From contig MU057487.1 of NCBI GenBank assembly GCA_013265495.1, positions 124,001 through 188,000 of the forward strand: a stretch of 64,000 bases of DNA, given 5' to 3'. Position numbers and translations under genes: made by a program. Origin of the DNA: Vicugna vicugna (Eukaryota). Under the pieces are notes generated by a model. That model had not been told where the DNA came from, made no database searches, and saw only the letters and a list, made by a program, of their open reading frames with translations. Of this stretch, positions 37,621-49,385 are shown piece by piece; position 1 is the first letter of the stretch, and each line of letters starts with the position of its first letter.

Positions 37621-37940
37621 TTTTAGCAAGAATACTTCACAGTTATACTACACAGGCAGCCAGAAGTCACATAAGGTCTGCTAATCTGACTTTTGAGACT
37701 ATTAACAGCCATTGAGAATTATGGCATATTTTAGCAAGAATACTTCACAGCTATACTACACAGGCAGCCAGAAGTCACATAAGGTCTGCTAATCTGACTT
37801 TTGAGACTATTAACAGCCATTGAGAATTATGGCATATTTTAGCAAGAATACTTCACAGCTATACTACACAGGCAGCCAGAAGTCACATAAGGTCTGCTAA
37901 TCTGACTTTTGAGACTATTAACAGCCATTGAGAATTATGG
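37617..37940. repeat. Tandem repeat, 3 x 108 bp, near-identical
   Basis: Units start at 37617, 37725 and 37833. The only difference I saw is cacagTtatac (unit 1) vs cacagCtatac (units 2 and 3). Confidence 0.95.
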
Positions 37941-39719
37941 CTATTAGTATCTTTTAGCAAGCAGCAGAAGCTGTAATCAAATACCACGTTTGTGCTTTAG
38001 AATTCCATTCATCTGTTACTATAATTTGACCATAAAAAGTATTATCATAATGCCCTATTGTTCAAGAAGCACTTTCAGTGCAGCACTTTGATTGGCTCTC
38101 CTGACAACTTATTTGGCAGGCCTTCTTATTTTCATGTTTCACATGAGGTAACTGGCATTCTGAAACATTAATGATTTGACTTTCTGAGACTTTAAATGAT
38201 TTGGAAGTCATATGCAGCCAGGAAGTGAGGGACTCTTCTCCATCTGGATCCCATGTCCTTTATATCAGAAAATACTGCCTCCTTACCATTTAAATGTCAT
38301 GGATTGAGTTATCTGAAAATTTTCACTGAGCGCCTATTATGTGTTAAGCTCTTTTAAAACGCTGAAGTGACTAGTAAAATGACAACGTCTCTGCCCTCTT
38401 AGAGTTCACAGTCTAGTGGGAGAGAAGGACATTAAGGAAATAATAATGTAAATAAATACATAATTATTACCTCCGATGAGAAATGGTTTCACGTTTCTGT
38501 TTTACAAGTTTAAAAAATACTCTTAAATGGTTATTTAGCCTAATTCTTCATCTCATTACCACATTTCATGACATTTAGACTATCCTTGTTAAGTTCTTTA
38601 CTTTTCACAAGTTATCTATTGTAGTCCTAGCTCTTTCTTCCCTGCAGGAGCCATTTGATCATGTACTTAATTGGCAACATAGAATGTTGCTAGCCACTTG
38701 CTGGAGGGTACATTCTTGAACTCTTTGTCACTTTTTATTAAAAGCTCAGCTAAGAGGAACCATGTCCATGAATGATTTAGAAAAGATACATATTTCCTTC
38801 TCTCCTTCATGTTTTGTTTCCATTGTATTTCCAATATCTATGTTTGCCAAGTAGTAGGTGCACCACAATATTGTTCATTGAATAAATGCAAGAAATCTTT
38901 TACTGGATTAAGTCTCTTAAGAGCTAAGATATGTATTTCCAGAGTAGATTGCTTTATTCCCTGCAGAACTGTTGTCCCTGAGTTATATTTGGTATGAAAC
39001 CCTAGATTTGTATTGAGAATTTCTCTATTAATCCTCCTATGGAACTCATGTTGTTGGAATACACACTCTCTGCTTTATGAAGCACCTCAATAACATTTCT
39101 TTTCTTGAGCAAGGAATAATCTTGCTCATTTTGAGAAACTGATTTGTTTTTATTTTCTGGGTACCATATATACTTTTTTAATCATTCAGAGTTCCCTTTT
39201 CCTATTCCCTATTATTGAACAAAATTTGTAGCTCAAAATAGTAGTACGATTTCACTTTTAAACTAGTTTTCTACTTCTATTTTTGCCTCCATGTTTGTTT
39301 TTCCCTTTTCTTTTCTCATATAATTTGTAGTTTACGACTTATTGGCATATGTTATTGATAGATTTTTGGTATATTTTATGTGTCCCTTTAGATGATCTTA
39401 AGTGCCTCTGTGATAAGGTGGAGTATTAACAAACAAAAATTTTAATCCATCAATTAAACAAAATATTAAGTTTATTGTATAGAAGAATTTGACAGTTGGT
39501 AATCTCTGCTTCTGAAAGCCACCGAGACAAGACAATCTTATGGAGCAGATTTACTGTTTGTTCTATACCAACCACCTCCTGACTTCTGGGAAAAGCAATT
39601 CTTTCTTCTGGAACCTGCTTCTCTTCCCACTGCATGATACAGTTCTCCGATCAACTCTGCTTCCTAGAAAGTGTTGGGCAACCAAATCACGCTGCTCTAC
39701 TCCGGCATTTCTTGGGTTG

Positions 39720-40080
39720 TTTATTTGTTTCTTGTGGAGGACGGTGTAGTCTGTGTGAGGCAGCCCTGTCCTGTGATGAAATTGAGATGGAAAACTTGGG
39801 AACTGTGAGTGATGCTGTTTCCTGCTACGTGGAGAAAGCCTAGCTCAGTGTGAGAAAAAGTTGGCACAGAACAAAGAGACAGCAGGTGAGAGAGAGAGTC
39901 AGAGAAAAAGAGGAAGAGACCTGGTGACATTCAAGTTCCTGGTTCCACTCGTTCATGGGACACAACTGAGTCTTTGCCTTGCATGTGGTTTGGATGTTCA
40001 CCCCTTCTTTAGATTTTGTAGGATAACTAATTCTTTTCCTCTTCTCCATGTTGGTTCAAATTGAGTCCGTTCTGATGCAT
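39720..40080 (+). mobile_element. Old MLT1 (I/J/K-like) LTR remnant
   Basis: Contains tggagaaagcct...gagagagag...cctggtgacatt...cctggttcca...ggttcaaattgagt. Confidence 0.4.
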
Positions 40081-42315
40081 GTTGCTTTCAAGCTTTATTG
40101 TGCGCAATCTGGAGCATCAACCTGCTTCGGAAGAAAAGCTCTGGCCCTGATCCTGACCAGCCCCATGGCATACATTTGTGGGAAGGGATGATTTACTCCT
40201 CATCTTGGAAAGTGTATATCTGTCTCTAATTTTTTATTTTTTAAAGAAATTCAGCTAGGCTTTTTACAGACCTGGTGTAGAGGACGCTTGAATTTTCTTT
40301 TGCAAAATATCAGTGTTGCAGATTTTTGTCGACAAGGTCAACCCTAAATTTCTTGTTCTTCTGATTGTGTCAAAAGCTGGACTCAGACGATAGTTATTGG
40401 AGAGGTAGGGACATGATAATTAGCATTTTCCAGAGTGTTCTACTTCTATATGTCAGAGCAACAGAATTCTACATGCCTGGATGGGGAGAGCGGAAAGAAG
40501 AGAGGGATCCCCGGACCCACATCTTAACTTTACAACTTGCCCAAGTCGTTGGTCTCTCTCAGTTCCCTTCTAAGTAACTTGTGGAAGAACAGTAGCATTT
40601 ATCTCACAATGTTATTGGAGAAAACACGGGTAAAGCTCTAGAAGAGTGTCAACGTATAATAAATGGGAACCATTATTATGTTGGCTCCCTATAGAAAGAC
40701 CTTTTAAGAGCTTTAGCAATTTGCCTTCAGCTTTCATAACACCCCCACCACACACAACACACATACACGTGAAAGCTGCATGTATGTAGCTGCATCCTTT
40801 GCACAACTGTTACTTATATAATACCCTTTGCAGAAATATTCAAAATCCCTCTTAGGATTTTGTCCTAAAGAAGACATTTCTGGATTGCTGATTTTCTTTT
40901 TTATCTACTGGTAAACCTCTGTGAACTCATTTTGTTGACCCTCCCCCGTCTTCTTTCTTTCTCCTCCGACCCTCCACCACGCTGCTTGACTGTCAGTGAG
41001 AATAGAGCTAAATTTAATGCTCAATTGCATAAAACTAGGTTAAACTGTTCACTACCTCCTTAATTACCTAATTTTCAAATTCCCAAATTCTCTCTGGAAG
41101 TAGGCAACAGCGTATGGCCAATAAATGTAAGTAAGTAGATAAATGAGCCCAGACTGTTTAGCAGCCCTCAGATGGAGAATGGTTGAGCCAGGAGAATGGG
41201 GGCAGTAGCCCTTGAGTTTGACAGCTGTTGGAAGATATGCTCTGGGTTCCCTGAAGCTCACTCTCCAGGCAGGAGCCCCGCTTTGGAGCTTCCGTTCTCA
41301 CTGCCAGTCAGGCTTGGTGAGGGGCGCCCTGTCTTCTCCACTCCATGGTCCATGCAGCCCATTGCCTGCCATCTGCAAAGAACCACGTGGTCAACATTTC
41401 TTCAGCTTGGTTCAGGGTTTCCACTACTGAGGGCAACACTCAACAAAGGATGGTGGTGTCTTGTGCTGGACACAGAGCAGGCATTTAGAGAATTTACCTC
41501 TTTCTTATTGGCTGAGACTGTCAGTTATCTCTTCTCTCTGAAGAAGGCTTGTCCCTCCCTTGTGTCTTGTCCCTCTAGGTCCATGACACCTACACTTGGT
41601 GTCTACCTGCCTGCCTCCCCAGCTGACACAGGAGCTCCTTGAGGTGAGAAGTGGTGTTTCATTCCTCACCAACCTCCAGCATATCTCACAATGCTAGTAC
41701 AGAGTTTTAAAAATATATTGAAGGAACAAATGAATGAACAATAATCTTTATTTAGAATATCCTCAGCATAGCAGGAAGAAAAGATCATTGAATAAATATT
41801 TCACATTTTTCATGGATCTAAAACTCAAGAGATAAAAGTATTAAAATAATTATTTACTTCCAGGAATAAAATGCAAATATAAATTATTCACCACAAATGA
41901 TATTTTGTTCTCATTTCCAGAAATCAGCTTTACTTCATTTGTAAAGAACACTTAGTTTCTCAGGGTGATGGCTTACATTTAAAGAGAGATAATTTATATT
42001 AAGTTCACTTTGTAAATGTCTTGATGTCTTTTTAAAAAATATATATATGTATTTCTATTTTTCTCTGAAAGAAAAATAAACACCGGAGGGTTTTCTGTGT
42101 CAGCAGGTCTCAAATTTCTACTTAAAGTACCTGTGCTGTTGTCAGCCCGTATGTCAGCCCATACGGGGTTTGGGGTTCAGATACTCTGGCCACTGGAGAG
42201 CCTATTGGGACAGTGACCATCTGGTCACCATTCTACTCCAGGATTGCCCTTCTGGCTGCTCAGAATAACAGCTACTGAGCACTGGGAAACTATCCTTGAT
42301 TTAAAATAGAAAGTA

Positions 42316-42476
42316 GGTGGTAGAGTATAGCTCAGTGGTAGGTGCATGCCTAGCATGCACAACATCCTGGGTTCAGTCCCCAGTACCTCCATTAAATATA
42401 AATAAACCACCCCCTAAAAGAAAAAACAAAATAATTACCACCCCCTAAAAGAAAAAACAAAAATTAAAAATTAAAA
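42316..42476 (+). mobile_element. tRNA-derived SINE (vic-1-like) with duplicated tail segment
   Basis: Same head motif. The tail contains accaccccctaaaagaaaaaacaaaa twice. TSD-like tagaaagta on both sides. Confidence 0.85.
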
Positions 42477-42993
42477 AAGTAGAAAGTATGTTCCAGTGGT
42501 GAAATTCACTTCCATATCTTTTGAAGTAAGATCTACAAAAAACATTTTGCATTTCCAAGTTAAAGAAACTGTTTCCTGACATTTTTATGAAATAAATCAA
42601 CCACACATTCTCTTATTTAGGTTGGAAGCCACAAGTCTGAATGAGTCAATGTAACCTTTGACTATCTTATTTACGTACATCTTATTATTGTATACTTCAG
42701 TTGCAAAGAATGAGTTGGCATGACTATTCTCCTAGAAGTGGTGACCTCCACAATATAGGACAGGAAACCTGGACAAAATCTCAAGGGAATTAATTAATTG
42801 AATTTTATTTTATTTTTCTATTTTAGGAAAGAATTCTGCTTTGTGTTACTAATTTCAAATAATTCTCCATAAGTATTTTGTTTTTATTACATACAGACTC
42901 CCTCAGCTATAAATACTTCCTTGCCTTTGACTGTTATTAATTGGGCTTTGAAGGTGTGGACAGGACCAAAGCAGCATTACATTAGGGACATGG

Positions 42994-43521
42994 CTGTGAT
43001 GGTTAATTTCATGTGGCAACTTGGCTAAGATACACTACCTTTATATTTGGTCAAACATTATTCTAGACATTTCTGTACAGGCATTTTTTAGATGAGATTA
43101 ACATTTAAATCAGTAGACTTTAAGTAAAGCAGATTACTTTCCTTAATGTGGGTGGGCCTCATCCAATCAGTTGAAGGCCTCAGTAGAAAAAGACTGACCT
43201 CTTAGGGAGAAAGGCAATTCTGCCGGCAAATAGCCTTCTAGCTTGCTGGCCTGCTTTGCAGATTTTAGACTTGCCAGCCTCCAAAACTGCATAAGGCAAT
43301 TCCTTAAAATAAATCTGTCCATTATATATGTGTGTGTGTGTGTGTGTGTATAATCAGAAGAGTTTATATATAATTGATTATATGTATTTTATATAGATAG
43401 AATTTATAATAAATTATATATATAATGTTATATACTAGATAAAGTTAGAATACATTTTTATAATAAAAAATTTATATGGTGCCCGTTGGTTCTATTTCTC
43501 TGGAGAATCCTGATTAATACA
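42994..43521 (+). mobile_element. MLT2 (ERVL) solo LTR with internal (TG)n / AT-rich expansion
   Basis: Contains tgtgatggttaatttcatgt...aatgtgggtgggcctcatccaatcagttgaaggcct...ttggttctatttctctggagaatcctgattaataca. Confidence 0.85.
43329..43349. repeat. (TG)n microsatellite followed by an AT-rich low-complexity tract
   Basis: About 10 TG units are visible within the MLT2 LTR. Confidence 0.9.
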
Positions 43522-45379
43522 AGTGACTTTATTCTGTTTGGTCAGTGAAATCTAAATAGACTCAAGGAGTAATGCCAGGTAGACTTCTTTGTTTTGTTGA
43601 TCTGCTTTCATAACGTGTTATGATATATTAAATCTGTAGGGTTGTTTGTAGAGTGACTATATATTTTATCTTTCATGCCAGAACTCTTGAGAGTAAAAGG
43701 GGGGCACTGTTAATAATTGTTCAAGACAAACCAGCATGTGAAGACATCTAATTACTAGGCACTTACTTTTCTTGCTTTCTCCACTGTCAGTCAAATTTCT
43801 TTTAATAATACCATAAGCTGCTCTGTGAAGAGGTATTGTGGCTTTTTTAATATCTAAACACCAACTGTCATTTGCTCAGAACTGTTCAAATAAAAGACAA
43901 TATGTAATTATCAAAGCCTACATGTGTAAAACATTCCAGAGGATGCAGTAGTATTCATAGATCATGGCCCTGATCCAGAAACCAGTCTTTGTCTAGAAAA
44001 GCTCAGGAGAGGGAAATTACACTTGAACTAGGTTAGGCCTACCCAGTGGAGAAGTTGGAAGTGGATGGCAAAGCCCACCTTTACAGGTCAGTTCCTTTCT
44101 AGACAGCAATCACCTTCTAACTCTATGAACCTTACTTTCTGTTTGGGGAGGGTATAGCCCAATTAAATTAGAAGATAGAATAAAATGTGTTTAAAATAAA
44201 ATTACCTTTAATTTCATAAGAAATAGACAGTACATCACACTCCTAAAAGGAACGGGATGTTAGAAAGGATATCATGGAATCAAACTCATGATGAGATTGA
44301 GATTCTGCCCCAGAGATACTGGGAATCTCTGCCTTAACCAACACAGAAAGAAGAGAGGCTGCTTCCTGTTTTAGTCTCTGGTCTCTTTCACAACCTTGAC
44401 GGTTAGGGGATTGTTTAACTTGTGAAATGCCTTTTATACAATCTGTTCTGGAAGGCATTTTGTTTATGGTCTGATACTGTGCCAGCTTTTCCACAAAGCA
44501 ATCTTTCTTCCTCTCTTTTCTTTTTCTTTTCTTCTCTCTCTCTTTCATCTAACATGAAATACTTGCTGTTTTCTGTCTTTGCAGCCCTTCCTCCCTCCCC
44601 TCACCCCACTCCTGCCTCTCCTGTCTCCACCCTCAAAGTTGGCTAAAAGAACAATCATTAAGAGTAAACATTTATTTATGTAACAATAATGGAATAAATG
44701 CTTTCCCCCTAAGCTAGGAATAAAGATGTATTCGTCAATATTTTGTTAAAAGTATCTTATGTAAGGAAAGTTTCGAATGATCCTAAGAATTTTCAGCAAA
44801 AATTCTGAACCAGGTTTTGGTCATAGAGCATGGTGTGTAGATTTCAGAAACAGAGACTAGTCTTTCATTTACTCAGTTCCCAAAATGCCATCCTGATTTT
44901 CACTTGACTGTTTTTCTTTGCCTGCTGCCAGCCAATTAACTTCTATTAAGATATATTCCGAGCAAAGTGTTTTTGTTTTTGTTTTCACTGCAAATAACAT
45001 GTCAATAGTCATTTGAATCTACATGAACTATGTCATTTATAAATATGTTTTAATCCAGTTACTGGGATTTTTTTTTGTTTTGTTTTATAATTTTAAACAA
45101 TATGTTGGTAGAAGGGAGAAACAATCTTTTTCCTTCTAACAACATTATAACACGTTCTTCAAGTGTATGGAAAGTATTGCAGACGATCATTTTCTGAAGA
45201 TGCTTATATATTTTTAGCTATTGATAAAGAAAGTTTTCCTTTATTTGATTTGCTTTTTTATAGGATTATCAGCAATTTATTTATGTATTTAGTTTTTTTT
45301 TACTCATTCTGTACATTTTCCTTCTCAAGAACCAGTCCATTACCCACTCCTCATTTATTCAAATTCAAGATAGTATGTA

Positions 45380-45725
45380 CCTAAGCCAGATTAGTCAAGA
45401 GTCCTTCACGCCCTTGCACACAGTTCAAGGATGGGTGGGTGATTCTGTCAAGAGGAGAGGTGCTCCCTTTTACTGGGATCTGCAGCCATAAGGATAATGG
45501 AGCCTAGAGAGACAAGACACCATCTTTGCCAGCACTTAGAAAGAGGCTGACTAAGAATGAGGACAGCACAAAGGAAAGAGATGGACACAGAAAGATGATG
45601 ACATTGCATGGTCTCCTGAATCTGTTCACAGCTGACCTATGATGGACTGTCCAGTTACTTAAGATAATAAATTATTTTTATCCCAATTTAAATGGTTTAA
45701 GATAGATTTCCAGTCCAACTTTGAG
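45380..45725 (+). mobile_element. Old MLT1 (J/K-like) LTR remnant
   Basis: Degenerate MLT1-type motifs (gccatc/ccatcttt, gagaatgagg, ggact..ccagtta..taataaatt). Confidence 0.45.
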
Positions 45726-45750
45726 GAAGTTCTATTATGCCCATTAATTT

Positions 45751-45918
45751 AAAAATACATTTTTTATTTATTATTGTATTATTTAATTATTTTACTCTGG
45801 TGGGGAGGGGGAGATAATTAGGTTTATTTATTTTTAAAGGAGGTACTGAGGATTGAACCCAGGACCTCATGCCTGCTAAGCATGTGCTCTACCACTTGAG
45901 CTATACCCTTCTCACCCA
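45751..45918 (-). mobile_element. tRNA-derived SINE (vic-1-like)
   Basis: Reverse complement of the head (ggaggtactgaggattgaacccaggacc...gagctataccc). TSD cccattaattt at 45740-45750 and 45919-45929. Confidence 0.9.
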
Positions 45919-46244
45919 CCCATTAATTTTTAACTGAAATGCAGTGTCACGTAGTCACATTTGTTTTAAGGCAGAATATAATTTTAATTTCTTTTCCCAC
46001 TCCCAACCCCAGTGGGAAGCTTACCAGTTTGCTAACAGCAGAACTGCGATAATATTTGAAATGTGAAATGGAGTATAGATCACATAAGAAAACTCAACAA
46101 ACCTAAACATATGAATTTATTTTCTGGATGTTTTTCCATTCATTATTTTCAGTAGTGTTTTATCCTTCCGAATTTGAAGGCACCTAGAAAGAACTGAGAA
46201 GTCATAAAGGAATGGGTTATAGGTGATCAAAAATCAGGAATCCT

Positions 46245-46425
46245 GGGGATGGGGGTAAAGCACCTGTTTAGCAAGCATAAGGTCCTGGGCTCAATTCCCA
46301 ATACCTCCATTAGAAAAAAAAAACTTTTTTAATGTTTAAAAAAGCACACAGTCAAGTATAAATACTTGGCATAAATATTTGTCTGAAATAAAGATTCTAC
46401 TTGACATCCCCCCCCCAAAACCAAA
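46245..46425 (+). mobile_element. Degenerate or chimeric vic-1-like SINE
   Basis: B-box region ggtcctgggctcaattcccaatacctcc with the A box deleted. Flanked by direct repeat caggaatcct (46235-46244, 46426-46435). Confidence 0.7.
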
Positions 46426-48019
46426 CAGGAATCCTCTTGTGATACATATTAATTTACAGTGTCTTTGGCATTGTTTCATAAGGCTGAAGAAAGGACCCTT
46501 GAAAAAATGACAATAAATACAAAGACCCAGACAGAGTCCATGTTCATTTTATGTTACTTAAAAGCCCCTTTTATCTGGGCTTAACTTAGCGTATGTCATA
46601 GCTGGTAACCTGGTGACTCTTATGGAGAGGACAGACAGGTCACCACATTACTCAACCATTATACTAGCTTTGCTCTTCACTTTGCCAAGTTTTGTGACTA
46701 TGCAATTTACACTCCAGGGAAATTCTGGCTTGTCATTCTTACTCAGTTAACTTACCCATGAAGTTGTCATTATAACTTGAATTCTCTGGGTCTAATACCT
46801 TTAAAAATAGAAGCAAGAATCTCAGGATCCTAATTCTGTCGAATGAGTCACTTTTTATTTCTGCCAACGACCCCCTTGGGAACCAGTCTAAGGTCTAAAT
46901 CCTACAAGAGTCAGGGATGAATTTCCTAACGGGTTATGCAGAAGCGTGTGGAAATTTGTGGCTTAGGAACGACTTGTGAGTTGCAGAATGAAAAGCAAGA
47001 GAACACCTGCTGTCAACATTCCTTCCTCAACTCCCTAGCATTTTAGCATCAAGGGGACAGTCTTATGAACAGAATATAGAATATGTTTATGAAGTAAATG
47101 CTAGCAAAATCACTTTACTTTGAGCCTTAATTTCTCTTTTATAAAAATGACAATACACTTTCTAAGCATGTTTGTGATGGAGAATAAATGAAGAGTCTAT
47201 ATATATATGGAAATTTAGAAATTAAGTTTAGAAATTAAGGCTCAGTAAGTGGGCCCTTCCTCTGTGATCTGGTCCCATTTGCCTCTCCAGTCTTACCTTT
47301 CACCATTACCTGCCCTCAGCCCTCCAAACTCGATACTTAACCCTGAATACTATCTGCCTTGAGCTTTGCAAATACTCTTCTTTCTGACCCAGCATGTCCC
47401 TCTTTCCCCAAACTCTGCCAAAATCTGTCTAATTCTGACTCATTGTTCAGATTCCAGTTCTTACTCTACTTTCTTAATCTCCCCAAATTGGATTTAGGTA
47501 TTTCTTCCACTATAGAACTTCATCTATGATGAGGTTCTTGTCTGTTTTCTTCTTTGTTCTCTTCACTAGTAGGGTTTTGCATGACTTCAAATCTGGCATT
47601 ATGTGAAGGATACCTTATAGGCCTTCAAATAGGCCTAAATGATCTGAACCCAGATGAAGAATTTAACTTGAAAATAAGGAATGTAGCTGAGTAGACGTCA
47701 TTCCACCATATTAGTAATGTTTCTTCCTGATTAGAAAGGGAATTGAAATCTGAAAAACTTTTCTATTTATCCATTTGTAACAATGTTTCAGAAGATAACA
47801 GTTGTGTTTAGTCAAATGGGTTAAACTTATTTGATGCCCATTGTTACGCTCTGGTATCCCCTGAGAGTGGATTGATGCTGCCTGATGTCGTCCAATTTTT
47901 TGGTCACAACAGAACACATGCTATGTATAAGAATAATAATAAGGGAGAAATGTTTTAAAAATCTTGAAAGGATAAATAAGCCTCAACAACAATCTTTTTC
48001 TTTCTGTAAAACTATATGA

Positions 48020-49385
48020 CAGAGATGTCTGTTTTCTGGCAAGATGGAAAAACAAGAGCTGGATTTATGCTCCTGTGAGAAACAAACAAAAAGTAAAATA
48101 ACATTTCTAAAGCAATGGTTTTCTAGACAGCAGGCATCAGACAATGCAGGAGAGTGATCCTTCGGAGACAAGAAATGAATACGGTGAGCCCTGTGATTGT
48201 TTCAGTTTACTACCCTGAGAGCATTTTCAGGTCATGGCACAAGGATGGAGATTACTGGTGGAACAAAGAAGACTGTGAGTTGATGAAGTGAACTAAGGGT
48301 CTGGGGGAGCCAAAGTGGCTAGAGCTCACAGGACAGAGTACCAAAGAGAAGAAAGTTGCATCAACAAAATACCCCAGAGATTGTCAGAGAGTAATTCCTG
48401 AGTATTAAGCTGAGTACAGATCAGTGTTCACATGTGAGGAAACTACCTTAGGCCGCGAGGAAATCTGAAAGGATTAGAAAGAACAGTGCCTGATATGCCC
48501 AAGGGCTGAGAATAGTGCACATTTCCACCAGTCAGACAGGAAATTCTCACAATTCATGGGACACTGGATAGAGTACTTGGGAAAGTTTTGCCTCAGTAGT
48601 ACCTAGGACTGCTTCAGACCTGCATAAGAAACCATAAAGGCAAGGCTCTAATAGATAACACTGTTTCCAAATAATTTAATTGCATCTCAGAAAAAAGCTC
48701 AAGAATATTTGTAAGTGTAAAAAAAAAAATTGTAAGTAAAAATCAGAAGAATACTCAAGAAGGTAAAGTTCAAAATGCCCCTTATCCAATTAAAGATTAC
48801 CAGGCATGGAAAGAAGCATGAAAACATGACCCATAATTAAGTGGATAATCAATTAATTAAAGCTGATACAGAACTGACGTGTGTCAGAAATGGCAGACAA
48901 AGACATTTAAAGTGATTATAAATGTATTCCACGCTTATAAATGTCAAGTAGAGACATGGAAGAGATCAAAAGGTCCAAATGGAAATTACAGAGATGGAAA
49001 CTACAATCAGTGAAATAAAAAATACACTGCATAAGATTAACAGCAGATTAGACACTGCAGAAGAAAAGATTAGTGAATTTGAAGAGGTAGCAACAGAAAC
49101 GATCCAAAACGAAACATAGAGACAGAAACACATTTAAAAAATTAAAAAAAAAAAACTCGAGCGCTGTGATACAACTGCAAGTGGCCTAATATAGGTGTGG
49201 CTGGAGCACTCAAGCACAAGAGGGTGAGTGGGATGAATGGAAAAATAATTAAGAAATAATAGCCAAAATCTTTTCCAATTTGAAAACTAAAATCCACAAG
49301 TGCAAGAAACATGAAGAAACAACATCAAGTCAAAATAAATATATTTTTCAAAACCAGTGATAAAGAGAAAATCTTAAGAGCAAAA
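48020..49385 (+). mobile_element. L1M 5' region / ORF1 remnant
   Basis: Contains ttctggcaagatgg...gattaacagcagattagacactgcagaagaaaagattagtgaatttgaaga...gataaagagaaaatctta. Confidence 0.72.

Noticed and set aside
37617..37940. Direct repeats as a possible CRISPR-like array
   Set aside because: Head-to-tail units without unique spacers, in a mammalian context with no cas genes.
44145..44162. GGGGAGGGTATAGCCCAA resembling the SINE 5' end
   Set aside because: Only ~16 nt match with no B box or tail; cannot be supported as an element.
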